Shown here one piece after another: positions 49,223 through 61,730 of a stretch of DNA of 64,000 nucleotides (position 1 is the first letter of the stretch; the number at the start of each line of letters is the position of its first letter). The translations under genes were made by a program, and so were the position numbers. Source of the DNA: Paraspadella gotoi (taxonomy: Eukaryota; Animalia; Chaetognatha); contig CM119268.1 of the NCBI GenBank assembly GCA_051294375.1, positions 169,437-233,436 of the forward strand, given 5' to 3'. Below the pieces are notes generated by a model, which was given only the letters and a program-made list of their open reading frames with translations, did no database searches and was not told the DNA's origin.

Positions 49223-50164
49223 ACTGCTGAATCCCTAAAGAGAATGTCGTTATTAAAAGTTAGTAATGGCTTCTTCCAAAATGTAGTTATTTAAAAAAAA
49301 TTATCAAGTTTAGCAATATAATAAATTGGATTGAGAAATTATAAAGAGAGAAATGACCAAAAATAATACATTTAAAAGAAAAAAACAAAGATAGAAAGAG
49401 AGAAGACGGCAAGAGCAAGAGAGAGTGAGAGAGAGAGACGAGAGCGGAGCAGAGAGAGAGAGAAAGAGAGAGATGAGATCCGGCCCCCTGATCCGCTCGG
49501 ACTTGAAGCTGGGAAGAAGCCGCGGAAGAGAGCACGAAATCTCTCCCGCGATCGAGGCGGAAGAGAAGCTCCGGAAAGGAGAAGGTAGCTCGATCGGCAG
49601 CGCGCGCCGCCGCTCGCCGGTCACGGCGTGGCTGTCTCGGGAGAGCTGAGTCTATTATGATCGTCAAAGCGGGCGGACCCGCAGAAAATATGCGAAGAAA
49701 TTCGCCTTAATTCGTTCCCTTCGTCTCTGGTAGCTAGAGCGTCACCCCCGTCCACTATCGTTGCATGGCGTCGTACGTCACTGTTCGTCGGTCAGTTACC
49801 TAGGTTCACGTCATTGGTCATCCCTTTTCACTTAGTTGGCCAAACTTCACTCGACATCCATTGTCGCGAATTGTCAATCGTCATTGTTCGTCCATCGTCT
49901 CGTCGTCATTCTGAAACGCTGTCATTGTCACGCTCCGAGGTCCGTCCATCCATTTGGCGCTTTGTCCAATAACTCTCCATTGAGAGCTCTGTCGCTCCCA
50001 TTGTACCGCTCGCTCCATCGACTTCGGTCTTGGGTATTCGTCCGTCTTTCGTCAGTCCCTCAGTTTGGTCCCGTCCGTCCCATTCTGGTCTACGTCCGTC
50101 AGCGTGCGCGGCTTTCTCTTATCTGTTTTGTTTTTCCACGCTTATTGTTCTCCTGCTTGTGAAT

Positions 50165-52940
50165 TCTTTGGCTCCATAAAGAAAAAAGGAAAAAACGAAG
50201 CGGCTGAATAGGGGAAGAAAAAGGGAGGAAAAGAGGAAAGGGGGAAAAGCGGGAGAAAAGGAAGGAACAAAGCGAGGGGGAAAATGCGGGGGGAAAAAGG
50301 AAAAAAAACAGGCGAAAAGGCGGAAAAAAGCGAGAAAAGGGGAAAAGAGAGAAAAGGGGGGAAAACAGGCGGAGAAAAGGAGAGACAAAATGGGGAAAAA
50401 GGGGGAGGGCAAAAGAGAGAAAAAAAAAAAAGTGGCAACAAAAGGGACAAAAAAGGTGAAAAAGGACCGGGACGGGAAAAGCTGGAAAAAACATTGGAGA
50501 ACATGCGCGGAAAAAGGAAGAAAAGAGAGAAAAAAAGCGCGCGAAAAAAATGGGAGAAAATGGGGAAAAAAGGGGGAAAAGGGAAAACAGAGGAAAAAGC
50601 CGGAAAAGGGAAAAAAAGGAGAAAAGGGGGAAAAGGGCGCGAAAAAAAATTCCGAGAAGAACATTTGGGGGGAAAAAGGGGAGAAAAGGAGGAAAAAAGG
50701 GAAGCGGCGAAAAAAGGGAATGGAAGAATGGGGAAGGGAGGAAAAACGGAGAAAGAAAAAAAATAAAAAAAAAAAAAAAGGAAAAGAAAAAGGGAAACGG
50801 AAAAAAAAGCGAAGAAGGGAAAAAAGGAGAAAAGTTCGGGAAAGAGGAAAAAAGCGAGAAAATGGCGGAAAAAGTGGGGAAAAGGGGGAAAAAGGGCGGA
50901 AAAAAAGCGGCAAAAGGCGGGCTGAAACCAGCGGAGAACACAAACGGGCGGGGACAAACAGGAGGACACAGAGGGATAAATAAAGGGCGGCAAAACAAAG
51001 GGCGGGGAAAAGGAGCGAGCGAGAAAATGCGGAAAAAAGGGGGAAAGGGGGAAAAAGGGGGAAAAAAGGGGAAAAGAATAAGAAAAAAGCGGAGAAAGGG
51101 GGCAAAAAGGGGAGGACAATGGGAGAAAAAGAGGAAAAGGGGCGGCGACAAAAAGGAAAAAAGCGAGGGAGCAAGAAAAAGGGGAAAAGGAGAAGAGAAA
51201 AAGGGGAAAAGGGGGCAAAAGAGGTAAATGGGGAAAAAAGGGGAAAAAGGGCCGGAAAAAGGAGACAAATGTCGGAGAAGAAAAAACGAGCGCAAGAAAA
51301 GGAAGAAAGGGCGAAAAAGGAGAAAAGGGGAAAAGGGGGAAACAAGGAAAAAAGCGGAAAAAGGGGCGCGCGAAAAAGAAGGGCGAAAAATGGGGAAAAA
51401 GGCGGCGAAAAGCAAGGACAAGAAAAAATGGCGGGAAATGGGAAAAATGCCGCGGGGAAAAGAGGGGAAAAATAGGGAGGAAAAGGGGAACAAGGAAGGA
51501 AGGAAAAAGGGTGAAGGCGAGAAAAAGGGGAAAAAGCGGGAAAAGGGGGAAAAAGGGAGAGAAAAGGGGGAAAAGGAGAAAAGGGGAAAAATAGGGGGGA
51601 AAAAGGAGAAAAGGAGGAACAACAGGGAAACAGGGGAAAAAGGAGAAAAAGGTGGAAAAAGCCGGGTGAAAAGGAGCCGACAAGCCCGGAAAAGGCGGGA
51701 AAAAGCGAAAACAAAAAGCCGGAAAAGGGGGAAAAGAAAAAAAAAAATGCGGGGAAAAAGGCGACGACAAAGAAGAAAAATGCGAGGAAAAGGGGGAACA
51801 AATGGGGGGAAAAAGAGGGAAAAGAGGGGAAAAGGGCGAGAAGACAAAAGCGCGAAAGGGACAAAAAGCGGAAAAAGCGGAAAGTGGAAAAAGGGAGAAA
51901 AGAGGGGAAAAGGGCATAAACAAAGGGCGAAAGCGCGCGAAACGGAGAAAAAGGGCGGGAAAAAGGGGGGAAAAAAAGGGGGAAAATAATGGAAAAGGTG
52001 AGCGATAAAAAAAAAAAGAAAGAGGGATGGGGAAAAGGAGAAAGGGGAAAAGGCGGGCAAAAAGGGAAAAAAAGCGGCGAACAAAAGGGGGGGAAAAAGA
52101 AGAAAATGGGAAAAAGGGGAAAAAGAAGAAAATGGAAAAGGGGGAAAAATGCCGGGAAAAGAGGGAAAAGGAGAAAAGCGGAAAAAGGGGAAAGGGGGAA
52201 AAAGGGAAAAAAAAAAAAGCGGAAAAGGAAAAGGAGAAAGGGGGAAAAGGAGAAAAAGGGGAAAAGGCGGGACAAAAGGAGAAAACATTGGGAAGGGGAA
52301 AGGGGGGAAAAGGGGAAAAAGAAACAAAAAGGCGGCAACAAGGCGGAAAAAGGAGAAAAAGCGGGGAAAAGCGGGGAAAAGCGAGAACAAAATGGGGAAA
52401 AAAAGGAGAAAAGGGGGAAGGGGAAAAAGGAAAAAAAGCGGCAAAAAAGGAGAAAAAGTAGTAAAAAGGGGGAAGGGAGGGGGAAAAAAAGAGCGAAAAA
52501 AAAAAGGAGGGGAAAAGGGGGAAAGGAGAAAATGGGAGAAAAAGCGGGAAAAGGGAAAAAAAAAGATATGAAAGATGCGGGAAAAAATGGGAAAAGGAGG
52601 GAAAAGGAAGAAAAAAGGCGGGAAAAAACCGGGGTGGGGAAAAGGAGAAAAAGGGGAAAAGGGGGAAAAAGAAAAAAAGCGGAGGAAAGGGGGAAAAGGA
52701 GAGAAAAAGCGCGGCGGAAAAGGGGAAAAGCAAAGGAAAGAAAATGCGGAAAAGGGGAAGAAGAAGAAAATGGGGGAAAAGGGGGAAAATGGGGAAAAAG
52801 AGGCGGAAAAAGGATGCAACAGGCGGAAATAAAGGGTGGAGAAAGGGGGAAAAGGGGGAAAAGGAGAAAAGGGGAAAAAGTGGGAAAAAGGGAAAAAAAG
52901 AAAAAAAAGCGGAAAAGGGGAAAAAGGAGAAAAGGGAGAA
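50165..52940. repeat. 2.8-kb purine-rich (GnAn) low-complexity tract
   Basis: Alternating G and A runs with recurrent GGCGGAAAA / GGAGAAAA. It produces the spurious 860-960 aa F/P/S and K/G/R ORFs. Confidence 0.9.
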
Positions 52941-53393
52941 TTGATCTATGAAATAATTTTATTCTTCGACAAAGAAAAAAAAAATATGAAAAACACAAAA
53001 TACCAAAGGGAAAAAACCTTAAGAAAAAGGAAACTCAAAGGGTAAATCTCAAAGGGAAAACTTAACAAAAGAATTGACAACTAAAGTTAAGCGGATGGAT
53101 GGATGGATGGATGGATGGATTGATGGATTTGATGTAAATTGTTTAAGAATTAAAAGCCAAAACTCACTTTGATATTATTAATAATTTATAGATATCATTA
53201 TTAGATAAAATTCAACATTTTGTAAGTAGTTGTAAACATTAGTTAAACATTTTCTAATCAGAGTTTTGCTCTGAAGATAAAAGTACATTATCGACCTAAA
53301 TGATAAAAAAAAGAAAGATACAATAAACCAAGAATTTGAAATGAAATCCCTCCAATTCAATCTAGACGGATAACGACCGCTGAAACCGTTAAC

Positions 53394-53456
<63 letters not shown>

Positions 53457-54044
53457 AATATACATTTTATATTCTGTGTATTTTTCTTTCTTCCAATTTC
53501 GTTTTGTGATTATTCAGTCAGATTTTATTACTTTTCTTCTTCTTTTCATCTTTCTTTTCTCACTTTTAACTTTCATTTTCTCACTTTCCATTTTCTTTTC
53601 TCACTTTCACTTTTCTTTTCTCACTTTCACTTTTTTTTCTCACTTTTAACTTTTCTTTATTAATTACCTTTTATATTTTATTTTCTTTTCTATATTATTT
53701 ACTTTCCTTTTACTTTCATTTCAATTAACGTTATGTAGTATTTTTATAAAAATTTTCTCTTTTTTTTCTTTTTTTTATTTCTATTTCTTTTTTTCTTTTA
53801 TTTTTATTTTTCTTTTTCTTTTCTTTTCTTTTTCTTTCCTTTTATATTTCCTTTTTTCTTTCTCTCCAACCGAAAATCAAATTTCGTTCAATTCGACTCA
53901 AACCCTGAACCCGAAAACCCAAATTCTAAAACAAGAAAACTTGATTTTTTGTTTCAAACCACGTGACCCGAATAGGTTTTCTTCGCGGTTTGAACTCAAA
54001 CTCAAACTCAAACCTATATAATTAAGGTCTTAAAACTAAAATCA

Positions 54045-54190
54045 ATATCATAAAATCTCAATACTAAAAACTTTATCATAAAAGCTCGAATACTCAAACC
54101 TTTATCATCAAATTCTCAATATTCAAACCTTTATCATAAAATTTCAATGCTCAAACATGTATCATAAAAGTCTAAATACTCAAACCCTCA
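54045..54190. repeat. ~28-bp tandem repeat AAACCTTTATCATAAAATCTCAATACTC
   Basis: About 5 degenerate copies are visible. Confidence 0.8.
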
Positions 54191-54919
54191 AAAATACAAA
54201 AACAAAATTTAAACTTTCATGGTTTTTCTTACTCTTTTTTTTTAATTCCTTTTGTTTGATTTATTTCTGAGGTTTTAACGTCTTTTGTTTGAAGTTTCGC
54301 CCTCCATCCGATAGGGCGCGCTTTTATGTCTTTAGTTTTATTTGTTTCCTTTTAATTATTTGTATTGGTTCCTTTTGTGTTTTGGGTTTTACTCACTGCA
54401 GATTTATTGAAATAATGTGTTTTTTTTTTTGCACTTTGTTCATTTGAATATTTTCCATGAATTTATAATTATATTTAGATTTTTTAGACACCAGATTTAG
54501 TTTAGGATTTAAATTTGGAATTTTACGTTTATCAAATATTTTTTCCGACATTTGTTTATCCTTAGTTAATCGAGAGAGAGGGAGAGAAAGAAATAGAAAG
54601 AAAGAGAGAGAGNNNNNNNNNNNNNNNNNNNNNNNNNNNNNNNNNNNNNNNNNNNNNNNNNNNNNNNNNNNNNNNNNNNNNNNNNNNNNNNNNNNNNNNN
54701 NNNNNNNNNNNNNNNNNNNNNNNNNNNNNNNNNNNNNNNNNNNNNNNNNNNNNNNNNNNNNNNNNNNNNNNNNNNNNNNNNNNNNNNNNNNNNNNNNNNN
54801 NGCCGCCTTCTTCTCAGATCTATGAATTCGTTTATGGAGGAAGGAGAAAAAAGTTTTGTGCATGAGGCATGAGAAATGAGAAAGGGAGCAAGAGNNNNNN
54901 NNNNNNNNNNNNNNNNNNN

Positions 54920-56350
54920 TTGCCAGCAACCTCGCAACGCTAAATGACGTCAGATGAACCGCGGTGCTGTTCAAGAGCTAAAAAATGCAAGATGATGGCA
55001 ACTAAGTGACACCACGTCTATAAGAAAGGCTCATACTGAAGCGCTTCTGCAATTATCTTAACCCGTGTTATCACGCTGTGGTGGGCGCGGTAGGGAAAAG
55101 CTGCAATTACTTCAATACGGCTTTATAACATCAACCATCTGCATATCGCCTGTTCAGAACACCTGTGCTCTATGAACGCCTTTCTTTACCTCCTCGGGGG
55201 TTTGGAGGTATGAATCAAACAGCTAGCGAGTTTAACTAAATGGGTCTGACAGATGGCTACCTTTGTGGCCACTGCCCTCAGCCAGATACAGGCCAGCGAT
55301 AGCCTATCAATAAAAGTCTTATGGAATACTCCCCTCAATACCCGCTCAACGAAATACAAACACACTCGAAGGCCACAATAGGTTAAAACTCAATTTGCAT
55401 TGGTTTTTGCTTAACTCGCCATTAAGGCCTCTTTTTTTAATTGACTCCTATGTTTGTGCTCTGAAAAATTTATTTCCGCGCAGGGCGTTTTAAGCGTCTT
55501 TTTGTTTGAAGTTTCCGCCTGAAGGCTCGGGGCCGATCGGCGACTGGAACATCACAATATAAGCCTCCTTCTGGTAAGGGTAAAGGTAAAAGTTCACATA
55601 AACAAGATTCTTCGATTCCATCATGACGCTGAAGACAGGCTTGTACTAAAGCCAACATGTACAGTCCCTTATATGCGTGCATGGAGAGCCGTTGGAGTTT
55701 TATGGCAAAATCTTATAACTAGTTTATTTAGTCTAAGGCACCTCTATTTCTATTGTTAGTATTATTTGTCTCATAATCTTTTTTTAAGAATAGTTTATAT
55801 GCGCATACTATTGTGTTTGTTTGAGTGTGTTTGATTAAGATCACACTGCTAGAATTTTAATCTGACGATATATAGACCCGATGTGTTATTTTTTCTTTGT
55901 GCAGGCTTTGTTAGCTCCGGACTATGTCCAAGAATTCTAGTGTTGATATTTTCCATGAATTTACTACAGATTATCATATCCCTAGATTTTTTTAGAGCAC
56001 CTATGGCGAGCACGTTAGAGGTAGCTTCTTCAATGGATTATAAGGTAGTTGGAATTATTGCTCAGTTCGTTTATTTCCCACACAAATACTTTTTTGCTGA
56101 GCATTAAGGTGTTCTTCATGGAGTTTGCGCTCGTCGCTACAGTTGACCTTGATTCGAAGCAGAGACGAAGGATGAAGAAAAGAAAATAGAAAGAAGCGCG
56201 GAAGAGGAGAACGCACGCGCACAGGAGGGGAGGGCATCTAAGAGAAGAGAACCCGACCGTAGAAAGACGGCACGTGTAAGGAGAGGAGAGACTAAGCAGC
56301 ACGACGTCCAGAGAGAGAGAGCAGTAAAAACGAGCAAAAAAAAAGAATGC
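54920..56350 (+). other. Insertion-rich noisy duplicate of about 53900-54610
   Basis: Shared anchors in the same order: CGTCTTTTGTTTGAAGTTTC (54279/55495), ATATTTTCCATGAATTTA (54449/55946), TAGATTTTTTAGA (54476/55984). It follows the 25-N gap 54895-54919. Confidence 0.7.
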
Positions 56351-58431
56351 AGAGGATGGAGATTTGATGTTTAGTTAAGATGCCTGCAATCGATTGTGTG
56401 CAAACTCCGAGAGCGCGAGGCCGGCCGGCCGCGCAACGCCCGGTGCAACCGCTGCTTGTGGCGCACGGTGCCGGCCTTCTTCTCCGTACGTATTTCTATT
56501 GCACCATTCGCGCTCTTCTATATGAGACACTGTTTGGAAAAAGGAGAAAAAAAGGTTTGGTGATCATTATTAAAACATAAAAATGTTATTATACGAGGCA
56601 ATGTAGAAAAATGAGATCATGGGAGGAAACGAAAGACGAGAGACAAGAAGAGAAAGAAAGAAAGATATTAAGTAGATAGACTAGAAATCGAGAGCAGAGA
56701 AATTTGAAAAAGTGAGACAGAATTAAAGGGGAGAGGAGAGAGAAGAGAGAAGAGAAAAGAGAGAGTAAAAGGGAGAGAGAAAGAATCTTAAATTATGACG
56801 ACAGCTACAGAGGAGAAAGGAGAGAAAACAGGGAGCTATTGATTTTTAAAAATTAAAAGCTGGCGGGGCAAGGGTGAGAGAGAGATTGAGGGTAGGATTA
56901 AATTTTTATAAGAGGAGAGAGGACTACGATGAGAGTGAGAGAGATTAGAGTGATAGGTGTCAATTGTAGAGAGAGAGATGGGAGAGAGGAAAGAGAGAGA
57001 GAGAGAAGGAGAGAGAGAGAGACGAGGCAGAAGCAAAGTTGGCTTAATGAGTCTGCATCTCTATTAAAGATTCTGAAATCATTCAGTTTTAGTTTTAAAA
57101 ATAGGTTCCCACGATGTCATATTAATTCAAATTCATTTCAAAAGAAAATTTCAGATTTTGTAAAAAAAAAATGCGTTAGAATCAAGATGAGAGAAAAATG
57201 AAAAAAACAGAATTACTGTTTGCATTGAAATATAATGATAATAAAAAATAGGACAATAGTTTTAAAATTTTAAAATTCTGATCAGAATTTAAAAAAAAAG
57301 TTGGTCAGGTGACATAGGAGGTCGAAGTTGTTATTTTTGTTGACGTCGTCATTGTCTTCAACCCCGTAGATATATTTCAGGACACTTTCTCACCTCTTAG
57401 ATTTAAAAGATAAGTATGAAATTGGTACAACCAATTTAAATGTTATCCGTTCATTTAGTAGCTTCCCTATCAATAAAGTGGTATAATATTTCAAAGAATG
57501 GTTCAATCGTATGAAAATACCACCCCCTTAAGTATTGTGTCATTTTTCTTTTGAGAGAAAAATTAATGAGACAAGAGCTTTTGTCATCTTAGTTTAATTC
57601 ATAAAGAAACTCACTGAGGCCCTTAAGTGGCGATAAAAAGAAAACCTAGTAAGAAACTTATTGAAGAAATTAATTGAAAATGTCGCTATGTTGCCGTTTT
57701 TTATTACTGTTCTTCAAAATATTTTTAAACAAAAGGAAAAAAAGAATTAGCTAAAAAAGAGGGTCAAGGTAAGAGATGGAATGAGATGAATTGAGATAGA
57801 GTTTATCATTTGCATAAAGTAGTAAAATTTTACNNNNNNNNNNNNNNNNNNNNNNNNNNNNNNNNNNNNNNNNNNNNNNNNNNNNNNNNNNNNNNNNNNN
57901 NNNNNNNNNNNNNNNNNNNNNNNNNNNNNNNNNNNNNNNNNNNNNNNNNNNNNNNNNNNNNNNNNNNNNNNNNNNNNNNNNNNNNNNNNNNNNNNNNNNN
58001 NNNNNNNNNNNNNNNNNNNNNNNNNNNNNNNNNNNNNNNNNNNNTTTTATATATTTTCATGGTCTAAATTAATAATATATAGTTCAAACTTTTGAATTTT
58101 TTTGCGTTTAACGTTTTTAAATTAAATATTTTTTTTTAATTTGTTACTGATTTAAGCTTCTACAGTTTTTAACGAAGTAGTTTTTAACATTGTAGTAGTG
58201 TTATATATTTTGATGTTAGTGGTATTTGTTATATTTTTATGATCATTATAGTTTTTATTTGTTTACTTTGTTTTTAATTTGTTAATGATACTTTTTTTAA
58301 AAAGTGGGTCTTTGTCTAAAAAACGTGACAAGGGTGACGAAAATTGTGGTGGTTTTCACGATTTTTTTATGGCAAAGAATCATTAACATTTAGATTAAAT
58401 GCAAAAAGATGACCACAAGAGAGAGAGAGAT

Positions 58432-58462
<31 letters not shown>

Positions 58463-58534
58463 AGAGACAAGAAGGAGAATGAAGGAGAAATGAATTTTAA
58501 ACAGGGAGGGAGGGAGAAAAACTAGAAAAAGAGA

Positions 58535-58579
<45 letters not shown>

Positions 58580-58962
58580 GTTAAACATTATGTTAACCAA
58601 AACGCAATTTGGCTTGAGTCATGAATGCGGAACTACGTTTGAGAGGCGACTTCCCTCTAGAGTCCCCCTTCCTTTTAGTCACAAGCTCTATTTATAAAAT
58701 AAAACAAAAAAGCCGATAAACATATGAAGGAATTGTTATGAGTTTTAATCATTCAATTTAATTGACAATATATTGAAGTAATCTTGACTATAACTATAGG
58801 TTAGAAGCACGCTCGTTTTTTCTTTCCTATTTCTCTACAAAATTAAATAGTATAACCTCATATTTTTATAACAATTCATTGATAATCAAGTAAATTACGT
58901 GACCTTGACTTGACCTCTAGAATCTGATGATCATTTCACTCAAGTCGAACTTGAGATCCTCA

Positions 58963-59103
58963 ATGCATAACAACGGCTTCTCTCATTTCTTATTCCTTTT
59001 TTTTCCTCCTTTTTTCCCCTTTCTTTTCCTTTTTTTTTCTTTCTCATGGACCTGAAACTGAAGTCAATATTCATGGAAATGAAGACAACGAGGGAAAACG
59101 AAG
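58963..59103 (+). CDS. Candidate upstream exon of the gene continuing at 63242
   Basis: Frame SHGPETEVNIHGNEDNEGKR ends at strong donor AAG|GTAAGG (59104) in phase 2, matching the phase-2 acceptor at 63242. ATG 58963 (MHNNGFSHFLFLFFPPFF...) joins this frame only if one poly-T length error is assumed. Confidence 0.4.
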
Positions 59104-59207
59104 GTAAGGAAATTCTTAAGGTTAATCAATTGTTCTTTATTTATTGCATTAATTTCTGTATTTAAAAAGCACAATTGTGTGAGTTAATTTTAAAAATGTT
59201 TTGATTT

Positions 59208-59985
59208 TACAGTACCGGAAACCTAGATTCTCGTAATTTTGTACATGGAATAACTTTTCCATTTATAGGATAAATGGCTTTAGGATTTTATAGTAAGTTG
59301 TGTATATAATCAAACCTAATTTTTAATGAATTTTAAATAATTTAATATTTTTATATATTACTAAAAATTATAATTTTAATAAACATTCACACTATTTGCT
59401 TCCAGCACCGTTTCCATAAAATTTTTTAGGGGCTTTGGCTTTGTATCCAGAAGCTCTATCCTCTATGAAAAGCCGCCCATTCACTGTTAAATGACTGGCA
59501 ACAATTCTTCTTCCCTCCATTTTTTTCTCAACTGGCTTACAGAAGCCTTACTGTTTTGAATTGCGAGACTTTCCAAGTCATCATCCTTGCTCTTCGTGGA
59601 TATGCAAGGCCGCTTGCTTCCAACAGCTCGTCAAGGTTTCCAGTTGCTTCAAATTTGTTGACAACTCTGCAGATGGCTGTAGGAGAGAAATGAAGCTGTT
59701 TGGCGATCCTATATCTTGACAAACCCGCCTTCCAAAGTACAACAATTACAGCTTTGCCTTTTCTTTTCTTTTCCTTTCTTTTCTTTTCTTTTCTTTTTTT
59801 TCCTTTTCTTTTTTTTCTTTTTTTTTCTTTTCTTTTTTCTCTTCTTTTTTTTCTTTTCTTTTCTTTTATTTTTTTCTCTTTTTTATTTTCTTTTCTTTTC
59901 TTTTCTTTTCTTTTCTTTTCTTTTCTTTTCTTTTCTTTTTTTCTTTTTCTTTTTCTTATCATTTGGTGCCAACTCTTTTAACTCT
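59208..59985 (-). mobile_element. Tc1/mariner transposase relic (N-terminal paired HTH), truncated
   Basis: KELAPNDK-(AAAAG)n-KAVIVVLWKAGLSRYRIAKQLHFSPTAICRVVNKFEATGNL, then frameshifted KRPCISTKSKDDDLESLAIQNSKASVSQL and ASHLTVNGRL...GYKAKAP, in the order seen in Tc1 DNA-binding domains. Candidate terminus TA-CAGTACCGG at 59208. No DDE domain seen. Confidence 0.75.
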
Positions 59986-60222
59986 TATTTATGTCACTTT
60001 CTTTTTTAAATCTGCGTCTGTCCAAACTAACCTCCTTTAACTATCTTTCTCCCTCGTCCCAATTTCCCTCGACCTTTTCTTTCCCCGATCCTTAACACTC
60101 TCTTTCCCTCTCTCTCCCTTTCTCTTTCCCTCTCTCTCTTTCCCTCTCTCTCTTTCCCTCTCTCTCCCTCGAGAATGTCCATTGACGCGTTTGATGCATC
60201 GAAGTCACTCGTGACAAACGTG

Positions 60223-60260
<38 letters not shown>

Positions 60261-60788
60261 NNNNNNNNNNNNNNNNNNNNNNNNNNNNNNNNNNNNNNNN
60301 NNNNNNNNNNNNNNNNNNNNNNNNNNNNNNNNNNNNNNNNNNNNNNNNNNNNNNNNNNNNNNNNNNNNNNNNNNNNNNNNNNNNNNNNNNNNNNNNNNNN
60401 NNNNNNNNNNNNNNNNNNNNNNNNNNNNNNNNNNNNNNNNNNNNNNNNNNNNNNNNNNNNNNNNNNNNNNNNNNNNNNNNNNNNNNNCGCCGCCGCCGCC
60501 GCCGCCGCCGCCGCAGTCTCCGCCGCCGCCGATCCCTGACGTCACTAACTTCATCGAAATTTCTGACATCAAACGATTTTGCTGCTGGAAAATGCTGGGG
60601 CTGTTGAATTATTATTATGGTGATGTTAATTTGTAAACTCGTCGTGTTTATTTACCAAAAAAGAAAAAAAACGTTTAAAAACTAACATGAACACTAAAAA
60701 TATNNNNNNNNNNNNNNNNNNNNNNNNNNNNNNNNNNNNNNNNNNNNNNNNNNNNNNNNNNNNNNNNNNNNNNNNNNNNNNNNNNNNN

Positions 60789-61200
60789 ACCGACAAACTG
60801 ACTGATTGACTGACTAAATGATTGATAATTTTACTGATTGACTGTCCAACTGATTGACTTAATAACTGACTAACAAACTGACTGACAGGTAAACTCAAAT
60901 AACTAGTAGACGAACTGACTTACTAACTGATTGACTTAATAACTGACTAACAAACTGACTGACAGGTAAACTAAAATAAATTGTAGACTAACTGACTTAC
61001 TAACTGATTGACTTAATAACTGACTAACAAACTGACTGACTGGTAAACTAAAAAATCTAGTAGACTAACTGACTTAGTAACCGAAAGACAAACTAGCTGA
61101 CTGACGGTTGACTGATTGATTGACTTATTAACCAATTGACTGACTGACCGACTGATTGACTGGTTGAATGACTGACTGAATGAATGGTTGAATGACTGAC
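60789..61200. repeat. (ACTG/ACTA)n microsatellite region with a 77-bp higher-order repeat (3 copies)
   Basis: CTGATTGACTTAATAACTGACTAACAAACTGACTGAC starts at 60850, 60927 and 61004. Confidence 0.9.
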
Positions 61201-61283
61201 TTGTTGTGACAGAGAATGAACCTCTAAGTAAAAAGTCCACAAAAACGAGTTTGAATTCAAACAACATGACAATAAAAGTCAAT

Positions 61284-61344
<61 letters not shown>

Positions 61345-61509
61345 AATAGATAATTAGTCGTATATATTTTTAGTAAGAAAAACAAAATATAACAAAATAA
61401 AAGAAAATATAATCACATAAAAACAAAGAAAAAAAATCATGTCATCGACTTTTGGTTTATTTTCAAAGAATCGTGACTCGGAAAGACATTTCTTTGATCT
61501 GGAAATAAA

Positions 61510-61730
61510 GATAGAAAGAAAGAAAGAAAAAAAGAAAGAAGGATAGAAATAAAGAAAAAAAGAAAGAAAGAAAGAAAGAAAGAAAGACAGAAAGAAAGAA
61601 AGAAAGAAAGAATGAACTAATGATTATACAAGAGAATTATAAAATGAATGAATGAATGAATGAATGAATGAATGAATGAATGAATGAATGAATGAATGAA
61701 TGAATGAATTAATGAAGGAATGAATGAATG
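61510..61730. repeat. (AAAG)n and (TGAA)n microsatellites
   Basis: Directly visible. Confidence 0.95.

Noticed and set aside
50099-52998. 860-960 aa ORFs on the minus strand and K/G/R-rich ORFs on the plus strand
   Set aside because: Open in all frames because the low-complexity composition lacks stop codons.
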